45,116 nucleotides of DNA from a virus: positions 1 through 45,116 of the IMG/VR virus record IMGVR_UViG_3300021431_000034; one strand, given 5' to 3'. A model generated the notes under the pieces. That model was not told the DNA's origin, searched no databases, and saw only the letters and a list, made by a program, of their open reading frames with translations. Shown piece by piece: positions 34,657 through 42,142 of this stretch. Both the position numbers and the translations under genes were made by a program. Each line of letters opens with the position of its first letter. Position 1 is the first letter of the stretch.

Positions 34657-35992
34657 CTGTATAGTCCTTTCTCATTTCAAGCACCTTCTTGATGTTCACT
34701 TCAATACTGTTCTTCACTGTCATTGTGTAGTAGAAACAAGGTTTGTTCTGACCAATCCTGTGAATCCGCTTCTTTGACTGTTCAAATAGTTCTGACATCA
34801 GTGGAAGGGTAAAATATATGATTTTGTTTGCTTTCTGAAGATTCAGACCCATGCTTCCTGCTTGATACTGAATCAGGGTGATGGAATTGTCCTGGTCTTC
34901 ATAAGCTGATAAATCTTTGTTGTGACCGTTTACTTCTGACACTGGTCTTTCCAGTTCTGCTGCAATCTGTTTCAACTGATACAGTTCTTCATTGAAGTTA
35001 TAGAAAACAATCAGTCTGTCCTGTGTACTTTCAACCAAGTCTTTGAATGCTTGCAGCTTGTCCTTTGAATACATCCCACAAAGCTGTCTTTCATAAAGCA
35101 TTTGTGTCAACTTGGTATCACCAACCAGTTCAATCCCATCAGCAGTGGTGACAATCCTGTCCTTCTTGAACTTTCTGTATTCCTTTGAACTGTTCACTGA
35201 AATGTCAATGAAAGTCTGTTCAGGAAGGTCAAAGCATTCTTCTGTTTTCATAAAGACCGCCCCATGTTCACGAAGTTTTGACTTCAGTCTGTCTGTGTTC
35301 TTGTAGGGGTCATCTTTATCCACTATTTTCAGTGGTACACCACCAACTTCAATGGTTTTCCAGTTCACATATTGCCTTTGATACAGTTGGAAGCTGATGT
35401 TCCATCCAAGCAGATGAATCTGTGTCCAAAGGTTTTCATATTTCCCTGATGTAGGTGTTCCTGACAGCAGAATCACATTCTTTGGATTCATCTTCAGGAT
35501 GAACTTGCTTCTTTTCGCTTTCTCATTCTGAATGATGGAAGATTCATCAAGCATCAGTGTAAAGTTTTCAAGGTGCAAAAGGTCAGGTCTTCTGAATACC
35601 AGGTCATAATTGATAAAACCTATGTATTGACAAGGGTCAGGATTTTCCTGAAGATACGGTTCACAAGGTTCACCCCTGAAGTCTTCATGCATTTCCATGT
35701 ATTCTTCCCAACTATTCACAACCTTCATGAATCTTTCCAGTTGCTTCTTATTGGTCAGGTCATACAGTTCAATGCAATATGGATGTTCTGAATAATGTTC
35801 CTTGAAGTGGTCAATCCAGTCTTGAACCTTGGATTTCTGACAAACAACCAAGTTGAAGTTCTTTCCAAGATTCATCATCTTTTCACCACCAACAAAGGTT
35901 TTTCCAAGACCCATGTCCAAGTAGTAAGCAACTTTGTTCTGACCTTCAGTGTCTTCCAGTGCTTTCACCTGGTGTGGGAATAGTTGCATCAA
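34631..35992 (-). CDS. SNF2-family DNA helicase
   Basis: Motifs: MGLGKT, MLDESSIIQN (DExx), LLSGTP, QAGSMGLNLQ and RIHRIGQ. Confidence 0.9.
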   Translation of the reverse strand: MMQLFPHQVKALEDTEGQNKVAYYLDMGLGKTFVGGEKMMNLGKNFNLVVCQKSKVQDWIDHFKEHYSEHPYCIELYDLTNKKQLERFMKVVNSWEEYMEMHEDFRGEPCEPYLQENPDPCQYIGFINYDLVFRRPDLLHLENFTLMLDESSIIQNEKAKRSKFILKMNPKNVILLSGTPTSGKYENLWTQIHLLGWNISFQLYQRQYVNWKTIEVGGVPLKIVDKDDPYKNTDRLKSKLREHGAVFMKTEECFDLPEQTFIDISVNSSKEYRKFKKDRIVTTADGIELVGDTKLTQMLYERQLCGMYSKDKLQAFKDLVESTQDRLIVFYNFNEELYQLKQIAAELERPVSEVNGHNKDLSAYEDQDNSITLIQYQAGSMGLNLQKANKIIYFTLPLMSELFEQSKKRIHRIGQNKPCFYYTMTVKNSIEVNIKKVLEMRKDYTDELFEKGC

Positions 35993-36396
35993 ATCACCAT
36001 CCCTTCACCTATGTATTCGGTCAGCTTCTTTGGACTGATGTGATAAGACCACACTGTCTTGTTCTTTGCTGCAAAACCAAATGGTGCTGTTCCCATCTGA
36101 AGTGCAACCCTGACAAACTGTTCTGACTTTCCAAGCATCTTTGCAGCCTGTTCAACACTGACATTCTTCAGACCTGTGCTTGAATGGTCAGATGCAGGAA
36201 CTTCACTGTTCAACCATTCCACTGTGCAGTCCAGGAAGTCAGCAATGGACTTCTGAACTTCAGGTCTTGGGATTGACCTTCCTGATAAATACTGACTGAC
36301 AGAAGACTTTCCCTTGCCGATTGCAGCAGCAAGTTCTTTCTGTGAAACCTGTCTTTCAGTCATTGCCTGATTCAATCTTTCTGCAAAACTGTTCAT
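35989..36396 (-). CDS. XRE-family HTH DNA-binding protein with a second C-terminal DNA-binding-like region
   Basis: MNSFAERLNQAMTERQVSQKELAAAIGKGKSSVSQYLSG. ATG 36396 sits behind AAAGGATGG. Confidence 0.75.
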   Translation of the reverse strand: MNSFAERLNQAMTERQVSQKELAAAIGKGKSSVSQYLSGRSIPRPEVQKSIADFLDCTVEWLNSEVPASDHSSTGLKNVSVEQAAKMLGKSEQFVRVALQMGTAPFGFAAKNKTVWSYHISPKKLTEYIGEGMVI

Positions 36397-36404
36397 ACTG
36401 AACA

Positions 36405-36447
36405 CCATCCTTTCTGCAAAATGTACGCTTTTAAGATACAACCGAAG
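36405..36447 (-). promoter_or_regulatory. Duplicated leader element (copy 2 of the 37911-37950 sequence)
   Basis: The plus strand reads CCATCCTTTCTGCAAAATGTACGCTTTTAAGATACAA here and CCATCCTTTCAAATGTACGCTTTCAAGATACAA at 37911. Each copy ends at the RBS of a minus-strand gene. Confidence 0.6.
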
Positions 36448-36649
36448 TAAAAAAAATTGCATCCACTTCATCAGAATTCAAGTTGTATCTTTCTTTGATT
36501 CGCTGAATTTCACCCTGTGTGAATTCAGCACCACCAGTTTCATTGATTTTGGCATTGAACCGCTGAACACTGATTCCAATTGCTTTTGCAAGGATTTCCT
36601 GTGTGTCACCGTTTCCATGCATGATTCCAACTAACTTCTGCTTGTTCAT
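36431..36649 (-). CDS. Cro-like small HTH protein
   Basis: MNKQKLVGIMHGNGDTQEILAKAIGISVQRFNAKINE. ATG 36649 sits behind GAAAGGAAGGTG. Confidence 0.65.
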   Translation of the reverse strand: MNKQKLVGIMHGNGDTQEILAKAIGISVQRFNAKINETGGAEFTQGEIQRIKERYNLNSDEVDAIFFTSVVS

Positions 36650-36669
36650 TTCAGCACCTTCCTTTCTAT

Positions 36670-37905
36670 TTATGCAGCAGACAAGACCTTGCATCTTGTC
36701 AAAACTGTCTGCTTCACACCCCTAAATTCATCATATTCTTTGACAGTTCCAATCAGCTTTGAAACATTGTCCAGGTCTTTTGCTGTCTTCCACATGTACA
36801 CATTGCCCTTGGTATCAACAATCTTGTAAAGATAGGTGACACTGGTGTTGTAACCGTCAAAGCAGTTTGTCCAAGAAGTCACACAAGCGACTGATTCAAC
36901 ATCAATGGTGATTCTTTGACCAACTTCACCCATCCACTGTGACTTTCTTTCTGCTTTCCGCTTTGCTTCCTTTTCAGCTTGTTCTGCTTTCCAGGCAAGT
37001 TCCCTGTTGTATGTGGGGAACAGGGAAACAAGAAGACCAAACTTGGAATAGTCAACTGCTTCAAGACTGGTGACAACCTTCAGGTTGTGCATGTAGTCAT
37101 TGGATGCTTCCTGACCTTCAATCCATGCAAGGGCATCATCAACCGCCTTGTGTGCTTCAGCAGAATCAGCATTGAATCCAACCATGTCCATTTCATCCTG
37201 GATTTCTCTGATAAGGTCTTTATGCATGAACCTTGTTCTTCCTGTGCCAACTTCAAAGAACCTGGTCATCTTGTCCTTGGTGCTGTCAGGATTCCAATTT
37301 CCCCAAGCATCAACAGTCTTTGCATAACCAAAGTGTCTGATGGTTTCAGCAGCATACAGAAGGATGTCCTTGGTGTCAAAGAAGCACACATGCCATCCAC
37401 CAAAGGAAACAGGTGCTTCAACTGCTTCTTCAAAGACATCATGCATGGATGCATACAGACTTGCAGCTTCAGCAGACATTCCATGTGTGAAGTCCATCAA
37501 GCAGGATTTTCCAACCTGTTTGAAGTCACCAGTGACCATGTTCTTGATGATGAAGGTGTCCTTCCTGCTTCTGTGAACATTGCAGTGTTCACAATAGGGG
37601 TCACTGCATCTGTATCTTTCAGGGATTTCCACATCAGTCATTGCCTTGCTGAAGATGTTCCCCTTGGAAGTGTGTTCAACAGAAGCAACAAATTCCCAAT
37701 CATTGACCTTTGCAGTTCCTTCAGCTTCAACCAGGATGAATCTGAACTTCTGAACAGTTCCATCAGGACATTTGACTTCCTTCAGTTCTTCACCGACCTG
37801 TTCAAAGTGGAAGTCACATCCAAACTTCTTGCACTTGTTCTGAATCCTGGTGATTTTCTTCATCAGGTCTTCCATCCGACCTTCATATATTGAATATCTT
37901 TCCAT
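36670..37905 (-). CDS. Hypothetical protein (411 aa), the first gene of the early operon
   Basis: ATG 37905 (MERYSIYEG) lies 5 nt after AAAGGATGGG. It has a Cys cluster, RYRCSDPYCEHCNVH. I recognise no family. Confidence 0.6.
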   Translation of the reverse strand: MERYSIYEGRMEDLMKKITRIQNKCKKFGCDFHFEQVGEELKEVKCPDGTVQKFRFILVEAEGTAKVNDWEFVASVEHTSKGNIFSKAMTDVEIPERYRCSDPYCEHCNVHRSRKDTFIIKNMVTGDFKQVGKSCLMDFTHGMSAEAASLYASMHDVFEEAVEAPVSFGGWHVCFFDTKDILLYAAETIRHFGYAKTVDAWGNWNPDSTKDKMTRFFEVGTGRTRFMHKDLIREIQDEMDMVGFNADSAEAHKAVDDALAWIEGQEASNDYMHNLKVVTSLEAVDYSKFGLLVSLFPTYNRELAWKAEQAEKEAKRKAERKSQWMGEVGQRITIDVESVACVTSWTNCFDGYNTSVTYLYKIVDTKGNVYMWKTAKDLDNVSKLIGTVKEYDEFRGVKQTVLTRCKVLSAA

Positions 37906-37947
37906 CTGACCCATCCTTTCAAATGTACGCTTTCAAGATACAAGACC

Positions 37948-37976
37948 ATTCTAATCACTTGCCTGTATCTTGTCAA
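37948..37976 (-). promoter_or_regulatory. Early promoter P_E (sigma-A consensus)
   Basis: On the minus strand, TTGACA (37976-71) is followed by a 17-nt spacer and TAGAAT (37953-48). Operator half-sites GTATCTTG lie in the spacer and just downstream. Confidence 0.75.
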
Positions 37977-38016
37977 GACCTTTTTTCAAATTTTCAAGAT
38001 ATTTTTTCAAGTAAGA

Positions 38017-38045
38017 TTGAAAAATACACTTGAATATGTTAATAT
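38017..38045 (+). promoter_or_regulatory. Repressor promoter (divergent from P_E)
   Basis: TTGAAA (38017-22) is followed by a 17-nt spacer containing an extended TGT, then TAATAT (38040-45). The RBS GAAAGGGATGGTGA precedes ATG 38101. Confidence 0.75.
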
Positions 38046-38066
38046 TCAAGATACAGTGTATCTTGA
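38046..38066. promoter_or_regulatory. Palindromic operator TCAAGATAC-AGT-GTATCTTGA
   Basis: A perfect 9-bp inverted repeat abuts the -10 of the repressor promoter. Further half-sites lie at 37933-41, 37965-72 and 37994-38002. Confidence 0.75.
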
Positions 38067-38100
38067 TAACACTACTATCTGAAAGGGATGGTGACCATCT

Positions 38101-38496
38101 ATGACAATGGGTGAATATATTAAATTGTTACGAAAAAACCATGACCTGACACAAGAAGAACTTGGTCAAAGGCTGCATCCAACTGTCAACAGGGCTGCAA
38201 TCAACAAATGGGAAACTGGACAGGTAGAAAACATCAAAAGGTCATATATTGAACAGATGTCAAAACTATTCCATGTCAGACCATGTGAACTGATGTGTTT
38301 TGACCAGGAACAGCAGATTTCAGAAGATGTCATTGCAATTGAACAGGTGCAGAAGCGGTTTGGAAAAGATGCTGTCAGGTTGCTTGAACTGTTCACTAAA
38401 CTGAATGAACTTGGAAAAGAAAAAGCATTGGAAGACCTGGATGACCTGACCAATCTTCCAAAGTACACTGAATCGGTTCAAGATGGTTCAAAGTAA
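38101..38496 (+). CDS. XRE-family (CI-like) repressor
   Basis: MGEYIKLLRKNHDLTQEELGQRLHPTVNRAAINKWETGQ. It is divergent from the early operon. Confidence 0.85.
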   Translation: MTMGEYIKLLRKNHDLTQEELGQRLHPTVNRAAINKWETGQVENIKRSYIEQMSKLFHVRPCELMCFDQEQQISEDVIAIEQVQKRFGKDAVRLLELFTKLNELGKEKALEDLDDLTNLPKYTESVQDGSK

Positions 38497-38769
38497 GTTC
38501 AAGGTAAACCAAAGCACCTTGAACCGCCTGAAACCCTTTATTTTCCTATTGTTACAAGGTTATCGGTTCAAGCGGTTCAAGGTACTATGAATTTCTTTTA
38601 TATAAAAATGTAGTATGTGAAATAACATATACTATAAAAATATAATAAATATATAAGGATTACCTTGAACCTTGAACCGATAGCACCCAAAACCCCAATA
38701 AAATCAAGGGTTTGAAGCGGTTCAAGGTGGATGAAAAAGAACCAATTCACCTTGAACTGACCTTGAACC
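38475..38769. repeat. Iteron element R2: an inverted homologue of R1, with about 11 GGTTCAAGGT / ACCTTGAACC copies around a 78-bp AT-rich core
   Basis: Forward copies start at 38475, 38485 and 38496 (these three degenerate), 38565, 38574 and 38719. Reverse copies start at 38516, 38662, 38669, 38749 and 38760. The AT core spans 38584-38661. The first three copies encode the last residues of the repressor. Confidence 0.9.
38617..38646 (+). promoter_or_regulatory. Candidate outward (integrase-facing) promoter inside the R2 core
   Basis: GTGAAA (38617-22) is followed by an 18-nt spacer and TATAAT (38641-46). It is a mirror image of the R1 candidate. Confidence 0.35.
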
Positions 38770-38789
38770 TTTAGAAAGAAGGTGGACAG

Positions 38790-39071
38790 ATGGAACTGAA
38801 TGCTTTGGAACAAGAATTCTTTCAGGTGTTCCAGGATAGATTGACCCCTGAAGAAAGAAGTCAGCTTGTTTTGAAAAGACTTTCCAATGGTGCAATAGAA
38901 CCATACATCAGGCATTATCCACTTGGAAAAGTCAAACTGACTGGAAGAAAACACTGGATGCAAATATTCAAAACTGTGATGAAAGTAGAACTTTTTGAAG
39001 GAAACCTTCAAGAAATGATTGAAAAACAAGAAGAAACAATCAAGTATTTGCGGAAATACTGCAAGAAATAG
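38790..39071 (+). CDS. Hypothetical protein upstream of the integrase (possible recombination directionality factor; speculative)
   Basis: 93 aa with RBS AGAAAGAAGGTGG. I recognise no motif. Confidence 0.55.
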   Translation: MELNALEQEFFQVFQDRLTPEERSQLVLKRLSNGAIEPYIRHYPLGKVKLTGRKHWMQIFKTVMKVELFEGNLQEMIEKQEETIKYLRKYCKK

Positions 39072-39206
39072 AAAAAGACCTTCACCTGCTGCAACAGATG
39101 AAGGTCAGAAAGCAACCACTTCAGGATGGAAGAAATGGTCACTGAATCAATAAAATATTATAGCATTTCTTCCTTCCAAATTCAATGGAAAGGAAGGTGA
39201 CAGACT

Positions 39207-40262
39207 GTGAAAAATCCAAATGGTTATGGGTCAGTTGCAAAGCTGTCAGGAAACAGAAGGAAACCATTTTGGGTCAGGAAGACAGTTGGATGGAATGAAA
39301 AAGGTCATCCCATCTATGAAACAATAGGATATACCGCAACCAGGGAAGAAGGGAACATGTTGCTTGCATCCTATAACAAGAACCCTTGGGATGTGGACAG
39401 GGCAAAAATCACCCTTCAGGAACTGTTTGACCTATGGTTGGAAAAGAAAGCACCTAAACTTGGAAAAGCAAACCAAAGCAGTCTGAAGTCTGCATTCAAT
39501 CACATCAGGAAGTATTCTGATATGAGATACAAAGAAATAAGGTCATACCACATGCAGGATTGCATTGATTTCTGTGGAAAAGGTTATTCCACCCAAGCTG
39601 CAATCAAGAACCTGTGGGGTCACCTGGACAGGTTTGCACTGGAACTGGATGTCATCACAAGGATGTATTCAGAACTTCTGACATCAGACCCAATTCCCCA
39701 AACTTCAAGGGAAAGGTTCACTGATGCAGAAATAAAGAAAGTGTGGAAAGTTTATGGTGAATACCAGGAAGGAAAAGACTTTGGTTCTGTTCCTGTGGAA
39801 TGGATTGACACTGTTCTGATTTTCCTTTATTCAGGATTCAGAATCAGTGAACTGCTGACACTGAAGACAGACAATGTTGACCTGGATGCAGGAACATTCA
39901 AAGGTGGTGTGAAGACCAAAGCAGGAAAGAACAGGATTGTTCCTATTCATTCAAAGATTGTTCCCCTGGTTGAACACCGCCTGGATGCAGACAGTGAATT
40001 CTTCATCAATGTGAATGGTGACCAGGTATCACAAACCACATACAGAACATACTGGAATGACCTGATGCAGTTCCTTCACATAGAAAAGACACCGCATGAA
40101 TGCAGACACACATTTGAATCCATCTTGGATTCTAAAGGTGCAAACAGGAAGTGCATTGACCTGATGATGGGTCATGTTTCAAAGGATGTTGGAAACAGGG
40201 TGTACAATCATAAAACACTGGAAGAACTGAAGACTGCAATTGAACTTTTGAAAGTGAACTAA
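39207..40262 (+). CDS. int: Tyrosine recombinase / phage integrase
   Basis: The N-terminus NGYGSVAKLSGNRRKPFWVRK is arm-binding-like. The C-terminus reads HECRHTFES...LMMGHVSKDVGNRVYNH (R..H-x-x-R..Y). It uses a GTG start behind AAGGAAGGTGA. Confidence 0.9.
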   Translation: MKNPNGYGSVAKLSGNRRKPFWVRKTVGWNEKGHPIYETIGYTATREEGNMLLASYNKNPWDVDRAKITLQELFDLWLEKKAPKLGKANQSSLKSAFNHIRKYSDMRYKEIRSYHMQDCIDFCGKGYSTQAAIKNLWGHLDRFALELDVITRMYSELLTSDPIPQTSRERFTDAEIKKVWKVYGEYQEGKDFGSVPVEWIDTVLIFLYSGFRISELLTLKTDNVDLDAGTFKGGVKTKAGKNRIVPIHSKIVPLVEHRLDADSEFFINVNGDQVSQTTYRTYWNDLMQFLHIEKTPHECRHTFESILDSKGANRKCIDLMMGHVSKDVGNRVYNHKTLEELKTAIELLKVN

Positions 40263-40283
40263 TGACAGGTTAGTGACAAAAAA

Positions 40284-40318
40284 GACCCCAAACCTTGAAA
40301 AATCAATGGTTTGGGGTC
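40284..40318. terminator. Bidirectional terminator (strong for the minus-strand lysis operon, weaker for int)
   Basis: GACCCCAAACC (40284-94) pairs with GGTTTGGGGTC (40308-18). On the minus strand it is followed directly by TTTTTTGTC; on the plus strand by AATTCGTTTTT. Confidence 0.8.
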
Positions 40319-40442
40319 AATTCGTTTTTATTATACCATAAATTTGTTCACTTTTTCAATCCTGAAAGTCCAGTGTTTTCAAGGTTTCTGTGAACAGTTC
40401 ACTGCTGTCAGACCCCTGAAAATCACACCCATTAGTGACAAA

Positions 40443-40577
40443 TTAGTGACTTGATTTCTTGCAGTCATAGACACAATCAGAACAGTCACCGTCACAATCA
40501 CTTCTATCCCAATTGACCAGGGCATGAATCCAAATTATAGGTAAAACAATTATTAGAATAGCAAGAACAATGTTCAT
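40443..40577 (-). CDS. Small membrane peptide with a Cys/Asp-rich tail (44 aa)
   Basis: ATG 40577 lies 1 nt after the lysin stop (TGACATG). The product is MNIVLAILIIVLPIIWIHALVNWDRSDCDGDCSDCVYDCKKSSH. Confidence 0.35.
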   Translation of the reverse strand: MNIVLAILIIVLPIIWIHALVNWDRSDCDGDCSDCVYDCKKSSH

Positions 40578-40578
40578 G

Positions 40579-42045
40579 TCATCCTTCTTTGATGAAAGCA
40601 TCAGGGAATCCTGCTGCCTGAACTTTCTTCAGAAGTGCATCAGCATTTTCCTTCTTGCTGAAAGCACCGACCTGAACAAAGTATTTTGCATCTGCTTTCT
40701 GTTCCTTGTGGAACTGGTCAAAGTATTTCTGACCAAATGCTGCCCTTTTCGCCTGAACCGCTGCACCCTGGTCAGCAGGTCTTTCATAGATGGTCAGAAC
40801 AGCAGTGGATGCTTCAGTAACATTGGTTGCAGATTTCAGTGTTGCAAGCATGGAAGCATAGTTTGCACTGATTTCCTTCTTCAGGAATTCAAGCTGCATG
40901 TCAAGGTTTCCAATGGATGCTTTCTTGCTGTCAGCATATTCAAGCAGTGCCTGTTTTCTTGACCAATATGTCCACTGTGCAAGACCATAACCTGCTGAAT
41001 CCTTGACAAAATTATCATAGGTTTCATTGTCCACCCTGGAAGTGTACTGTGCATCATTCATTCCAAGTGACTTTTCAAAGGTGTTCTGAAGGTTGTTTGC
41101 AATCAGTGCAGATTCTGCAAACAGATTTCCCATCAGACCTGCAACACCATAATCATTCCCAATGAAGGAAGACAGGAAGTTCCACACCTTTTCAGGGTCA
41201 GCTTCAGTGGTTGCAGGTGCTTCAATCACTTTGATGGACTTCAGGGTGTCCTGCTGTGCAGCAGTTCCCTGAATGGTGCAATAGGAAGGATTTTCAAGAT
41301 AAATCCAACCTGCACCGCTTTTCAGCTTGCCCCAACCATCTTTGACTTCCACAATGGTGAAGATTCCCTTTCCAGTGAACTTTCCAGTCAGGTTGTTTCC
41401 CATGCCTGCTGAAGTTCTGATGTTCAGGTCATCAATCAGCACCTGAACAGTGAAAGGACAGGAAGGAAGACTGCTGACAGTCTGTGCAGGTGCTTCAGCA
41501 GAACCACCAAGTCTTGCAGTCACCTTGGATGCAAGGTCACCCATTCTTGCATACATCCAATCACCAGGACAGGACTTGTTTGCAAACCATCTGTGAACCG
41601 TCAGAAGCATTTCATCAGATGCAGGTTTATATGCAAGGGTCTTGGTCTTGTCACCAAACCAAAGCAGCTTCTTCTTTCCGTTTCGCTTGCAGATGTCCAC
41701 ACAAAGTTCAATCAGCTTCTGATACACATTATCTTTGAAAGCATAAGGTGCAGTTGCATCAGATGCACATTCAATGGTGATTGCCCTTTGGTCATTAGCA
41801 CTGGAAGAAGTACACCAGGAACGGTTCTTTTCTTCCACATACATTCCAACCCTTCCATCAGCACCAATTCCATAGTTGCAGGATGCCTGTCTTGAAGTTG
41901 GAAGGAAGATGTTTCCAAGTGTTTCAACAGAACACTGACCCACCACACAATGTGGTGTGATGATGTCAATGCTTTTGGTTCTCTGACCGCTGTGGTTAGG
42001 TGACAGTTTTGTATATGATACAAGTGGACTGTTTGTATATGCCAT
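40579..42045 (-). CDS. Multidomain endolysin: Amidase_2 (PGRP), an SH3-like domain, a phage tail-lysozyme-like domain and a SPOR domain
   Basis: Amidase: IITPHCVVGQ...NYGIGADGRVG...RSWCTSS...AITIE. SH3: GIFTIVEVKDGWGKLKSGAGWIYL. Lysozyme-like: GVAGLMGNLFAES...YGLAQWT. SPOR: YFVQVGAFSKKENADALLKKVQAAGFPDAFI. Confidence 0.85.
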   Translation of the reverse strand: MAYTNSPLVSYTKLSPNHSGQRTKSIDIITPHCVVGQCSVETLGNIFLPTSRQASCNYGIGADGRVGMYVEEKNRSWCTSSSANDQRAITIECASDATAPYAFKDNVYQKLIELCVDICKRNGKKKLLWFGDKTKTLAYKPASDEMLLTVHRWFANKSCPGDWMYARMGDLASKVTARLGGSAEAPAQTVSSLPSCPFTVQVLIDDLNIRTSAGMGNNLTGKFTGKGIFTIVEVKDGWGKLKSGAGWIYLENPSYCTIQGTAAQQDTLKSIKVIEAPATTEADPEKVWNFLSSFIGNDYGVAGLMGNLFAESALIANNLQNTFEKSLGMNDAQYTSRVDNETYDNFVKDSAGYGLAQWTYWSRKQALLEYADSKKASIGNLDMQLEFLKKEISANYASMLATLKSATNVTEASTAVLTIYERPADQGAAVQAKRAAFGQKYFDQFHKEQKADAKYFVQVGAFSKKENADALLKKVQAAGFPDAFIKEG

Positions 42046-42137
42046 TATTCTTCACCTTCTTCCTTTCCGTTTGTCAGTTCATCAAGTGCTTCAGCACAAA
42101 GTTCAGATTCATCAGTGATGATTTTTTCTTCATCCAT
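42045..42137 (-). CDS. Tiny acidic ORF (30 aa) coupled to the endolysin start
   Basis: ATG 42137 sits behind AAGAAGGGGTGA, and its TAA overlaps the lysin ATG (TAATG). The product is MDEEKIITDESELCAEALDELTNGKEEGEE. It may only be a leader. Confidence 0.25.
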   Translation of the reverse strand: MDEEKIITDESELCAEALDELTNGKEEGEE

Positions 42138-42142
42138 AGCAT

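Larger units (their letters stand above)
40263..40578. other. attP-containing region between the convergent int and lysis genes, with three TTAGTGAC(A) direct repeats as candidate arm sites
   Basis: TTAGTGACAAA occurs at 40270 and 40432, and TTAGTGACT at 40443. The region is the only non-coding gap next to int. Confidence 0.5.

Noticed and set aside
36979-37893. 304-aa plus-strand ORF
   Set aside because: It is antisense to the first early gene and has the same compositional artefact. No promoter or RBS is present.
38598-39029. 143-aa minus-strand ORF, and the 69-aa plus-strand ORF at 21979..22188
   Set aside because: Both are read through the iteron/AT-rich elements R2 and R1. Their composition is driven by the repeats. 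The 143-aa ORF also runs antisense to the well-supported 93-aa gene.
39077-39106. An 8-bp hairpin after the 93-aa ORF, considered as a terminator
   Set aside because: No U-tract follows on the plus strand. The T-run lies on the opposite strand, where no gene ends, and the loop is 14 nt.
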